64,000 nucleotides of DNA from Trichoplax sp. H2 (lineage: Eukaryota): NCBI GenBank assembly GCA_003344405.1, contig NOWV01000273.1, positions 1-64,000 on the forward strand. The letters are read 5' to 3'. The position numbers and the translations under genes are program-made. Every line of letters begins with the position of its first letter. Position 1 is the stretch's first letter. Of the stretch, positions 39,431 to 51,608 are shown piece after piece. A model generated the notes under the pieces. That model saw nothing but the letters and a program-made list of their open reading frames with translations, was not told the origin of the DNA and did not search any database.

Positions 39431-40305
39431 GTAGCTTACATCAATCGTTATCATTTAAACCGTACCAGATCTCTGTTCATGCAGTTCTGTTCGTATCTGC
39501 AAAGATGATGTAAAGCATTAACTTGCGAACATGGATTCTATCTTCATGATTGCATAGCAGTAGTTTGCCGTATTCTCCTCTTGAAAGTATTGCTGCTGCT
39601 CATAACCTACCAGGCCAATCGCTACTTAAGCTATCTACTAGTATCTGCTATGCTACAGTTACGCGCTGAATTTAAGTTCTATATTCTTTCGTGATCATTC
39701 ATGCTATGAGTAATAGCCTGCTCAATCCCATTTTTTAATGCGTTTTCAATATGAAACACAGTTTTTGTTCTCGAGAGTACTCGTTTCGTGATGCAATGTA
39801 ACAAATTATCTGGCATAAAATCGTTTACCATCCAGTTTATCGAGTCTAAACACTACGATTTCAATTCCAGAGCTAGATGTATAAAACAGATAGCACACTG
39901 TAGGATTTAACCTAACGCTAATATATTGTTAGTGTTTGGTAATCAATAATACTGTAGGAAAACAACTGAATGAGTTCTTAGTCCGTTTCGATGAATTTAT
40001 TGCTATTACTTTTGAGTATTTATTATTGAATAACAAGGTAAGGGAATACAATCCTATTGCGTCAACGTTTTAGCAGATTTAATCCATCACAAAGTAGTGC
40101 AATATCCGCATTAGATACTTTATATTGCGGTAAAGTAATTGTATGATTACTTGAAAATCTTTCCTTTATAAAGCCTACAGCAATAAATTGTACTGATAAT
40201 GCAGGAATAATAACCACAAAGTACTAAAATAGCATGACCACTACTGAAATACTCTTGCTAACATGATACAACGGATTCTATTTTATAACCAATGAACCTA
40301 TTCGA

Positions 40306-41097
40306 CTAACGTCTTCGACTCTTGCGAACATTTTCAATTGCGTTGCACAGATCGCTCACTGCGGTCATTTGCTTATCCAATAAGGCCATAATTAGCCGGT
40401 GCTCGGTTTCGCTGCGCTTTTCATGGCATTCAATCAAATGTTGTTGATTTTCAAGTACTGTTAGTAATCGCTCGTTATAATCTTGCTGTGCAACTAGTAA
40501 AGACGCCATGATATTCTTTGTTGCGCCAACGCATTGATGATGAGCTTGTCGTTGGGCTCGAAGGCACGCGCGCTGTCGATCAATTTGCTCACGTAAGTAG
40601 TTGGACGTAGACGGAGTATCTTGATCCCGATTTAAGATTGGACTTGAAGCAGCATTCTCATAAATTACATCGTTGGAATCAATTTGTATTCCTATTTCCG
40701 TGGCAGCTCCTGGTGTGGCCTGAGTTGATTTTTCTTTGCGTTGGGGAGTTACTAAGAGCGATCGTGAATGTTGGCATAGTTTACGTTGGTTTTCATGGTC
40801 CTCGATGCTCTTTAATATCTTGGCTAGTAAAATATCGCATTCTGATGGATCATTACTAGCGCTAGCAGCACTAGCTAGCTTGTCCTTCTCAGTTAGAAAT
40901 TTCTCTTTTAAGACCTTAAATCTACATTGGACGGCTAGAGCATTCGTTCTAAAATCTAAACCTCCGATAGAATTCAAAATACAAGCAATAGCTTCCCATG
41001 CCCGAGTTCTTTCAGCACATCCAGGAGAATATTTCCATAGTTCGCTGTAGGCTATCTCTTTCAGCAGAGGCAAATCGTACCTTGAATTCCATGTCAT
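40306..41097 (-). CDS. Myb/SANT-like (trihelix) DNA-binding protein with C-terminal coiled coil, 263 aa (paralog A)
   Basis: MTW...DL.LL.EI...E.WKY..G..ER..AWE.IA.ILN...F......V..RF..L..KF; heptad-rich C-terminus YNERLLTVLENQQHLIE. Single coding exon; splice acceptor just upstream of the ATG and a candidate donor near 41326. Confidence 0.85.
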   Translation of the reverse strand: MTWNSRYDLPLLKEIAYSELWKYSPGCAERTRAWEAIACILNSIGGLDFRTNALAVQCRFKVLKEKFLTEKDKLASAASASNDPSECDILLAKILKSIEDHENQRKLCQHSRSLLVTPQRKEKSTQATPGAATEIGIQIDSNDVIYENAASSPILNRDQDTPSTSNYLREQIDRQRACLRAQRQAHHQCVGATKNIMASLLVAQQDYNERLLTVLENQQHLIECHEKRSETEHRLIMALLDKQMTAVSDLCNAIENVRKSRRR

Positions 41098-42659
41098 GGA
41101 TTCTCTGCTGCGATTGAATTGTAGCGAGTAAGACTACGTGCAACAATAGCTCTATTAGCTAGGAATGGTTGTATCCTTACTAGCACATAAGTCGAATAAT
41201 ATCAAAAAACTAGAAAACGATAAGATGTGTGCGTGTCCTGAATAGAAATCTATTTACACTATTTTTTATTGAATATACCTGACATCTAATTCAATTTCGA
41301 CTTGAATTAATGCCAATAGAACTTACCTTCCTGGAGTATTGAATAAAGTATAATTCCATTTTTCTTGGTTGCGTTTCATGTTGATTCCTTATCTACGGAT
41401 AAGTGAAAACTTGAAAGTAATTATTGAGCTATTTCTACTACAAAAATGCAGGATAGCGAAATAAATTGCCTCGCGATCAACGCTATCTAAAATGATGTTT
41501 AAATAATGCAATCATTTTCAGTCAAATAACCTTCATATAAAGTGCTTAACGACTGAACTATTACAATTCTTAATAAGGGCATAATTAATATCGACAATAT
41601 ACCGTTACGAAATACTCGCCTAATCATGTAACTACCATCTTGAGGGAAATTTCGATACTATTAACACAGATTTTAACAAAACAAAGTCAGTTTATGGTAG
41701 CTACTTATGTGAGCAGGAAATACTCCGCAAAAAATTTCCCTTACCTTACGGAAAATTCTTGTTTCCTGTTTCTTCCGAAACTGTTAATTTCCCTACTTAA
41801 GAAAGGGAACGGGACACCCAACTACTTCTACTGAGCAAGCAATTAGGGAAATACATGCCAGCATTTGCTTCGCTAAGAAGGCAGCTCTTTGCCGATCTTT
41901 CACACTTTTGGGGCTGCATCATCAACTCGTAAATGCTTTGTAGTGAACGAGAAACTTGAAGTAGTCTCGTTTTTCACGTATACTACTGTTATTGTAACAC
42001 TTTCATTGATCGGTAGGCAGAGGCTGTAAGATGTTTACTTTCCTGAGCAATTTGACTCGACTGAAAGGGCTGCTAAATCTTGTCCTTCTTGTTTTACGAG
42101 CTTGTATGTTAATAGCTTAAGGCCAAACTACTATTTCTGTTAATTGACAAGACTGGATACTCTTGTAGAAGGAAACATGAACAAGGTATAAGGTGCACAC
42201 TTCATATTTAAATTCTGTTGGGTGATCTCGCTCTCCATCGTAATAATATAAACACTGGTTATAAAGCGCGATGAAACAGCATAAACTGCTAATATTACGG
42301 CAGTTCAACTATTATTACTGTCTGAAAGTAGCCTGGCATGCCTAAATAGTGCTTACGTTAGTTAATATTGTAGCCGCTCGTTGGAATAGGGGCTAATAGA
42401 ATAAGTTATTATATAATAAGCATTTTAAAACTAAACATAATTATTATTAAACTCTAATAGACAGCAATTATAGATGGTCTGATAGCTTATTACCGTACTA
42501 TAAAGTACTAAATATAATTAGAGTAATATACGATAACTAAAATGATAATACGCAACAGAATTACTAATTAAATGTACCCTCCAGCCATTCAATAACGATA
42601 CTTATAGCTGTAAAATATCGAGTGGAATAAAACTAATTACGCACCCTTAAAATGCTAAC

Positions 42660-45600
42660 AAGGAAGTTATTCATTAGTGGTTATATTGACAAGTACGCCA
42701 CTAGATTAATTCTGCTATTGACTTAATAAAACAATAAAATTTGGAGTTCTGAGTAGGTCCAAAGGAAGTTAAAATAATTACTAGTCTAGCAAAGGACTAA
42801 AAGCACAGTCCTTTATAGTTTCTAGTATGAAACTATTATTACTTTTTGCTATAGAAAATACCTAGAAAGTGATATCTTTAAGTTTTACCCTGCCAAATCA
42901 TGATGTCGCCGTCTTTTCTTCTTCACTATTTTACAAGGTGTAGTAAAGGACTAAAAGTAGAGTACTTTATAGCATTTAGTATGTAACTAGTACTATTTTA
43001 CTATAGAAAATACCTAGAAAGTGATAGTGTTTTTAAGTTTTACCCTGCCAAATCATGGTGTCGCCATCTTTTCTTCTTCATTATTTTACAAGGTATTATA
43101 TAGATTACTATAGAAATAGCCCGAGAGCAATTGCCTAATCTAAAGAAAGGGCGTTTGATCGTTTATTTAAATTGTAAAGGAATTTGACTTAGTAGCAAAA
43201 CCCTATCCTTAGAGAAACGGGATTTATAACATGACGATAAAGTACTGTAATGTAGTCTATAATCGTACAGTTACAGTACAATCTGACGCTAAAACATCAA
43301 CTGTCAATACTCAGCGATACTAATGTCAGAAAAGTAGTCGTGATAGGCATATAAAATTTTTTGATCAGCGAAATAGCGATTACTGCAATCTTTACAAAAT
43401 CCGGATTTTTTTCGGATTCGGATTTCGGAACCGGTCGGATTTATGTCGGATATAATTTTCCTGTTTTAATTTTTTTGTCTGATATAATTATATGATATAA
43501 TTTAATATATTATATAATTAAATGATATAATTTTTCTGTTTTAATTTTTTTGGGGATTTTTGTTCATGAAAAATATCAGAATCAAAGTTTGTTAAAGTTT
43601 TGTAGCTTGATCTCTACACTTTTCATTTCATTACAAAAGGTTTTATATAGATTATTATAGGAATGACCCAAGAGCAATCGCCTAATCTAAAGAAAGGGCG
43701 TTTGATAGTCTATTGGGATTGCTGATGAATTTGACTCAGTAACAAAGCCCTATCCATAGAGAAAGGGGATTTATAGCTTGACAGTAAAGCACTATAATGT
43801 AGGTTATAATCGTATAGTGATCGTACAACTTCATGTTAAAACATCAATTGTCAGTAGTAACGTCAGAAAAGTAGTCATAGTTACAACGAATTTTTTTTGA
43901 TAACCGCTTGTGATGTTATTAAAAATTCAGATTTTAAATTTGTTCACTATAATTTGGTAATTTTTGGATTCTAATTTTGGAAAATTTTGTAAGAGTTGAT
44001 TTCTGAAATTTGAACTTTATGCTGCAAATTTGAAATTTTAGAATTTTATGACGTGACATAAAAGTTACATTACGGAAGTTTAGTTGAGAAAATAGAAAAT
44101 AAGACGCAAATGGAAGAGGTTGTGTTGATTGTTAAGTAGTTAGATTGTCATTTAATGACTAAATCTTGATGTTTAAAGGTTAATTTTTAGACTTTTATAA
44201 TGTTTTAATGAGTAGGAATTATGTTAGAAATGAATCTTGATGTATTTTATAGTTCATTTGTTGGTTGAAGATCCCTTTTTAGTTAGTTAGTCGGTTAGAT
44301 AGTCAACGAGTTTATCAATTGCTATTAAATTATAAAGACTATAATCTTGGGTGCCAAGATTTCTTCAGTAATAAATGGTAGTAAATCTCTGACTACCTCG
44401 TCTACACTATTTGTGACGCTATAATTATACCGTAGTATTCGGTCGCTGGAACTGAATTATTTGGTGATATAGCAAATCTCGCCTCTTTAAGTCAGTAAAT
44501 GACGTTTTCCCCGAGGATTGGCGTGTGTAGACTACTTTGTCACTAGTGGCGTGTGACAAGTGTTTTGTAAGGGAATCATAAGGCAAATTGTGTCTAAATT
44601 TTGAATGATTTTGTTTTCCTAAGTCGTGCAAAGTAGTTTTCTAAAATAGATCTTAAGAGTGATTGGTTGATAAATGCTTAGTTTTAAATACCACTGAGGG
44701 CTCTGCGAAGCCTATAAATGATAGTGCAATCAGAAAATTTAGAGTAGAGAGTAAAAGAAGATTCTTTTGAAGAATATTTTGAATTTTAAAGGCCTTCAAG
44801 GTCGAACTATTGTAAGTGAAAACGTTCTTCTTTTTGTTAGATTGTTTGGTTGTTGACAGCTTTAGTTCCGTCATTTTTTCATTTCTTCACTTTTAATACT
44901 TAGAACTAAGTATTCGAAAGGTTGTTTAATCTGTCTCTCTCACATTTTTTTCTTAATGAATTGCTGTTCGGTTTGTTTCCTCAAATTTTATTTGGTGTCA
45001 AAGTTTAGTTACGTCGACCAGGGTTTCACGAAAGTAGAATCACAGTTTGTTAAAAGTTTTGTAGTTTGATCTCTACATTTTACATTTCAAAGGACTAGTA
45101 CATTAAGAACAAGCTGTGTGATTAATATTGCTATCAAGTTAAACAATTGGGTAAAATTAGAGTTCAAGGTGGGTAAATCTATAGAAAGTTAAACATTCGT
45201 AGTTACATGGATAAATAAGGTACTAGAATAATACAGATACCGAGTAAATAACTTTAATCAAAACAAGGATTGAAGATTGATGGACAAGAAGTTATTTATT
45301 GGTAGTTATATTAATTAAAACAAGCTAAACCAGATTAATATTGCTGCCAAGTTAATAATTTCAGTTAAAACAAGAGTTCTAAGTAGATCTAGCGAAAGTC
45401 ATTCATTGGTACTTACATTGAGAAGCAAACTATAGTATTACATTATTACTACTATTGATTTTACAAATTAAAACGAGAATTCTAAGTAGTTCCAAAATTA
45501 CTAGAGTTTGAAGTAGATTCAAATAAATTATTTATTGGTAGTTATATTAAGAAACAAGCCACTAGAGCAATGTTGCTATCGAGCTAACAAATTCAATTAA

Positions 45601-46000
45601 AACAGGGGTCTAGGTAATTTCAGCGGAAGCTGCTCGCTATTAGTTACGAGTACATTAAGAAAAGTTATAGTAGAGTAATAATGCTATTTAGTTAACAAAC
45701 TAATTAAAACAAGAGTTCTAAATACATCCAGCGCAAATTGTTCAATAGTATATACATTGAGGCGTTAGCTGGTATACTTATATTACTTTTAAGTTAGTGA
45801 ATTTAAACAAAGATTCAAAGTAGATTGAAAGAAGTTATTTATTCATAGTACAATAAGAAACAAGCCACTGGAATAAATATTGATGTCTAGATAACAAATT
45901 CAACTAAAGCAAAGATTCTATGTAGGTCTATTAATACTGCCATCGGGTTTATAATTTTAGCTAAAGCAATAAGTTAATAAATTTAAACAAGGATTCTAGA
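42660..46000. repeat. Degenerate ~105-bp satellite (42660-42790 and 45095-46000) interrupted by a ~2.3-kb block of nested duplications
   Basis: AAAACAAG(A/G)GTTCTA-like anchors every ~100-130 bp from 45260 to 45990, with a related unit at 42660-42790. Inside the block: ~154-bp tandem pair (42791, 42945), ~250-bp pair (43085, 43631), ~53-bp pair (43577, 45037), and a CGGAT cluster at 43401-43450. Confidence 0.7.
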
Positions 46001-46502
46001 GATGATGTATACAGACTATTACGTGTTGCAATCAATTGTAAACTATATAAAGAAATTACATCCACAAGTATTACTGTAAAAGCTAGCGTAAAGTCCTTAT
46101 AGTATGAAGGAAATCAAAACTGTTGATTTATAATATAATTATGAATAACTATAGATACATAAATTGAATCCATTTTATTTCGTATATAAATTGCGATTAG
46201 AGAAATACTTTATGCAAAATATGGTTTTGCGTTTTTGGAAAATAAATTTAAATTTATACAGAACAGCTTTTGGTGTATATTTCTGTGTGCGCTATATGGC
46301 ATTACTTGTACATTGTAACCAATAACAAATGCAAGTTTTTAGCATAACATCCTAATTCAGGTAGTATCGAATTAACGTAAACACTCAAAGTAATCTTAAA
46401 TGCATTGTAGATATTGCATGTTATTACTAATGCTGTATATAGTAGTTCATTGTATCAATGTATAATCTAATAAATACAGCATACAATAGAATAATAGATA
46501 TT

Positions 46503-47717
46503 TAAACTGTAGCCAAAAAAAATTAGTGAAAGCATCCGTTCCCGTATTGGCATCACTCATAGTCTGGTACCTTAATATTTGCAATGATACCCGTTATTAG
46601 CGATAATTCCAGCTATACGTTTAGGAATGCTTGATACCAAATTTACACAATAGTTGACTGGAAATTCATTCCATACAGCTTGAATATTAATTGTAAGACT
46701 TGCAAGAGACTGCGACTTCTTTGCAGCAACGCGATCCTTAATTAACTTCCACAAGTTCTCAATCGGATTAAGGTCTGGAGAGTTTCCAGGCCAAGGCAAG
46801 ACTTTAATTTGATTTTTTGATAGCCATTCGGATACAGCTGCAGCGGTATGAGCGGGAGCTTTATCATGCATAAATATATTACAGTTTGCACGTTGCAGCT
46901 CATCCAAGAGCACCTTGTTTAGCATCAACCTATAGTTTCCCTTCCTCATCGTTGAGTTAGGAGGAAGAAAATGTAAATATCCTACACCTGACGCAGAAAA
47001 ACAGCCCCAAACCATGACCGACGGAGAGCTTTTTACGGATTTCTTTCAGTATCGATATTCATATCTAGTCCCTCTTGGACGTCGAACATACTGGCCTACA
47101 AAAATTGAACGATAAAAAGTAAAATAAAATGTAATATATATAGAATGAAAGAAACTAATGGAGAGGTATCTCAAGTGAATTAATTGATGTGCATTCATAA
47201 GATAACATAGCATACTACCTAAAGGTCTGAATTGCAAGAACGTGCTTTCATCGCTGAACAGGACTCGCTGCCATATTTCAGGATCAACGCCTTGGTATTG
47301 CTTGCACCACTCGAGGCGCTGCTTTCGAGCCTTTTCCGTAAGCAATGGCTTCACGGCAGGCGCTCTCGCCGACAGATTGTTTTCAATCAATCGATTTCCT
47401 ATTGTACTGGGATTAATGTACTTGCCTGTCTTTTCGTATAAATCACTAGCGATTTCTTTACAGGTTTTAAATGGGGATTTTGCAATGACATCGAGGATAA
47501 ATTTTACGTCTTCAGGAGTCGTTACTTTATGCCCACCCGAATTACGCTTCTTGGACTTCCAGTTACCCTCTTTACAAAACCTTTTCAGAACTCTCTGAAC
47601 CGTACGCTTGCTGATTTGCAGCTCCTTTGCAATCATCCCATGCGTCCACTTGGCTTTGTCATAAGCTACTATCTGCCCTCTCTCGCAGCAAGTTAGGTCT
47701 CTGGAAGTTCTTCCCAT
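46503..47717 (-). mobile_element. Tc1-family (DD34E) transposon; transposase split by a 123-bp intron and carrying one in-frame TGA
   Basis: Exon 1, 47717-47219: paired-like HTH and FSDES. Intron 47218-47096 (GT...TTTTTGTAG). Exon 2, 47095-46572: YVRR, SVMVWGCFS, FMHDKAPAH, WPGNSPDLNPIENLW, with 34 aa between D2 and E. TGA at 47048-47046. Candidate TIR TAAACTGTAGCCAAAAAAAATTAG at 46503; no convincing partner found. Confidence 0.92.
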
Positions 47718-50700
47718 GCTGAAAAATACGCCGTATAATTACATACACTTGAGGAAAAATTTTGTAGAATCTCTACTATACGTATACAGCGGCCATATAA
47801 ATTGCTAGATGCTGCTAGACTGGCTTCATGTAGTAGAAAATTTCAGTAAACTTTATTGTTAAGCGAGTCTCTTGTTACGTAGTATATATTGGCATATTTG
47901 TAGGAAGAGTATGAAGATAATGACTCATCTATACAGAAAAATGGCAGCCATTCTATACTAAACCATATAAATTCCGGCTTAGTATTATAAATCGAAAGAC
48001 CTTGCCATTTATGCGACGGTAAAAAATCAGGAAACGAGAACGAATTTTATCTCTAAGTCTCTGTAAAGTGAGAAAAGGATGAAAAATATTGTGATAGCGC
48101 TATCATCTCCAACGTTTCATTTCTTTTTCGATACTTGGGGCTAAATATGATATAATGTAGCTACGCTGAAATATTTTACTCGTAGTAAGTAAACTTTAAC
48201 TACGTAAGTATTGCCAGTAAGGTGTTTGACTAATCTCAATGAACATACATCTGATTGAATCAATAATTCTTGAATAGCGTTCTGTTGTAAACGACGAGTA
48301 CCATATTGAACTTTTGATTTACTTTTGAGTAGGGGACTTTAAGTCAATATTGATGAAAATAATGATGAGTGACAATATCAACGCTAGGTATACAATATAG
48401 TTTACTATTAACTAGTAGTATTCTTGTTCTTATTGCACTAGTTAGGAGCAAAGAGTTTTCTCACCATTAATTTTGGTAATGTAGTGCCAGCTACACCCAT
48501 TTATATATAATGTATGATATCGTTGCTAATCTACTGTATGGTATATAATTATTGACTGTATCCTCTCTTCTTTGATATTAAAAAAGTTAACTACAACATT
48601 ATATGGCAGCGACCTAATCTCAGTTGCACAGTTCTAATGATTTACGGAAAATAAAAATGTAGGCACTGGATATACACAAACATGTCTCTGTATATTATGG
48701 ATTCTTTTTTGTAGGATTTAGTTAGGCTGATCGATTATCTTGTATTCTTTCTTTAGGTCAATATATTTATTTTATGTGTATTACGCGCTTATTTGTGATG
48801 CCACTGTTATGAATTGGGTTAAATTTATTACTTGAAGTATTCTACAGTAGGTATTAAGCCAGTGACCTAATATCTATCACATTTAGAGTACTCGATAATA
48901 GTCAACAGTAATGTCATAGTACAGTACTATAATGATATACAGCCTGGTGTAATTAGGATACATGTTCAATAGCAATAGTCGGTAAAACATGAAAGTGATT
49001 TAAAGAAATTCTATAATTATAGAGACATTAAGAGATTCATGAATTTTATGACTAAATTAATGAGCAAGGTAATACTGGTGCATTTAATCTGTTAATGTCT
49101 CTGCTAGTTGCAAATAGTCTTCTAGCTTATGATCCTCATACATTTAATTGATTAGTTAATAGGTTGCTAAATGACATTCCAGTCACTTAAAAAATTATAC
49201 TTGAGTGGATCAACTATGGAAATTAACGGCTAAATACTGTACCCATTCACTCGACTATTTTTAAGCTCTTAAATACTGGCGCAAAGCTAATAGGTATTTG
49301 GCAGCGTATTAAATGTATTACCTATAGAAATAGTGATGTACCACTTTGTATCCGTTGCTAAATGTAATTTAGTTGATAAAATTGATCAATACCTGAAAGG
49401 GACGAATTCTTTAGTATTCTGATTGTTAATTTAATAGGCTAGATTATCGAGTGCTTTACAAGGTGTCACTTTGATACAATTAAGAGATCTTATAAGGTAG
49501 AATAATTTTACTTATGGTATGAACTTCAGAACAATATTGTAAGAGTTTGCAAATGTATTTGGCTACATTTTTATACGACCCTAAAATTAATCTTTCCATT
49601 ATTAATATCTTAATGCTGCATATTTAAAAAAGTTACCCTCAACGATATGTCATTTACTTAGTGAACACTTATCCTGAAGAGTAGGAAACGGTGTAAGAAA
49701 GAGTAAATAAACTGAAACATTAATTTCGGTAAAGTATCAGTAGAAACTTAGCAAGCTAATCCACGTAGATTGATGATCATTCTGAAGTTTCATCCCTTTA
49801 ACTCAGTTAATTGTGAAGAAATCTGTTAAAAGAATATTCAAAATAATCTTGTATGCAAATAGATTGTTCATGTCATTAAAATTCGTTTCCAATTGCATCC
49901 TATCATATGAAATCCATTACAGTCGCTTGAAAAATAAAAGGACGGATTTTTATCGGCTGTAATAAAATCGCAGATAGTAGGATTAGTGGCTAGTATAAAG
50001 AAAATAACAAGCAAGTAAAAGAAATCAAATACGTAGCAAAATAACAATGTAAAGGAAGCTTACAAATGATTCACTCTCAAATTGCGGTGGCACTCTGCTC
50101 AATACTTGAGATTGAAATTCCGAGTTGGATAATTGGCAATCTTAAGTTTAATTATAGATATAGGAATAGAATAGGTCTGGATCATCGATTAGCTATTACT
50201 AATTACTCGTTTATGATCTGAAATATACTAATTCTACTGCAGGAGTTGCTAAAGTAGTTTTTCCATTTCAGCAATTTCATTTTACGAAAACCCTTAAGTT
50301 TGCACTGCGATTTAGGACTGGTAAAAATAAATCAATGATATGTAGCGTATCAAGCGTCAGAAGGATATGATAATCGAGAGAGGATAAAAAGATAAAATAA
50401 TGAATTTTTATATCTTATTACTCATACCTGTGTTACAAAAGGTGTTCAAAAGTTGGCTACTGTGTTCGTATAAAAATGTTGGATGCAGCTGAATCGAATT
50501 TAAAAGATTTACCAGAAGATTATTTCAGTGCTTGTCTTAGTAGTTGCTTTTCAGTTCAAGAATTTTTCTATGCTATTTTCTCTAGAGCATCAAAAACAGT
50601 GATTATTACATTGCCGTGAAAATTCTATTTTCGATCATTTTAATAAGGAACAATAATTACCGGCGTTGACTGTTAATGAAATTAAGAACAAATTTTCACT

Positions 50701-51608
50701 GCACCATTTAGTAAATAAAATTTATGCGACAAAGTTTGCATGAAGAAGACACAATGCAGTCGTCAATCGTTTGCTATGATGATGAACGTTTCATAATAAA
50801 CTGTATAGATTTCTAAGACTTATGAAAGTGATTTTCGTTTTATTAGATAGCTGTTGCTAGTACGGACAATCCACATTTGCTTTTACAGTACGGTAATGGA
50901 AGCCTGTTATAACTAATTACTAACGGCTATATTATCCTATTATTACATCATTTCCAATCATTTAATTCTCATATAGCTGCCTGAAGTAATTATTCAGCTA
51001 GGATCTACAGGCTCAGTCATTAATAGCAGTCTAGGTATATAAGTAAAAATAATACTCAAGAGCTATCAGCTTCACTCCAAAGAGATCTCCACAACAGCAT
51101 TGCAATGAGCAGTGTACGTCATATATGATCAAAATGATTTCCCTCAAATACGCCTTAAGTTAAAGCAATATTAAGTGTACAAACAAGAGACTGGTGATCC
51201 TGTGAAGTGCGATGCAATTTTAAAAAATCTAAATTTGGCGAAATAAGTACGATGCATGGCTTAAATAGTATTCCATTTCAAACCGAATTATAGGCGTTAG
51301 ATAGACATTAATTTTAGAATGTTGAAAGCAGATTACCGAAATAATATACATATTATGAAATACTTTAAATTTTATTAATTTAGTTCCTGGTAAATATGCA
51401 AAATAATGTTGCTTTATCGTAACGAAGTACTGGAAGAATCGTTTAAAATTTATCATCACAGATCTGCATGGACGTAAACTTCCAACTTTACTGCATTTAA
51501 CAATTAATAGCTTTCTAGATTCAAAATCAGCACGGATGAAATTCGTAACTTTTAACGTTACCCTCGCTAATATCAAAAGTTGTATCATGCATATTCATCA
51601 ATTACTGA

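Noticed and set aside
49558..49575. TTTGGCTACATTTTTA as the right TIR of the Tc1 element
   Set aside because: Only ~14 bp match, with no extension into the rest of the left candidate TIR; plausible by chance in AT-rich DNA.
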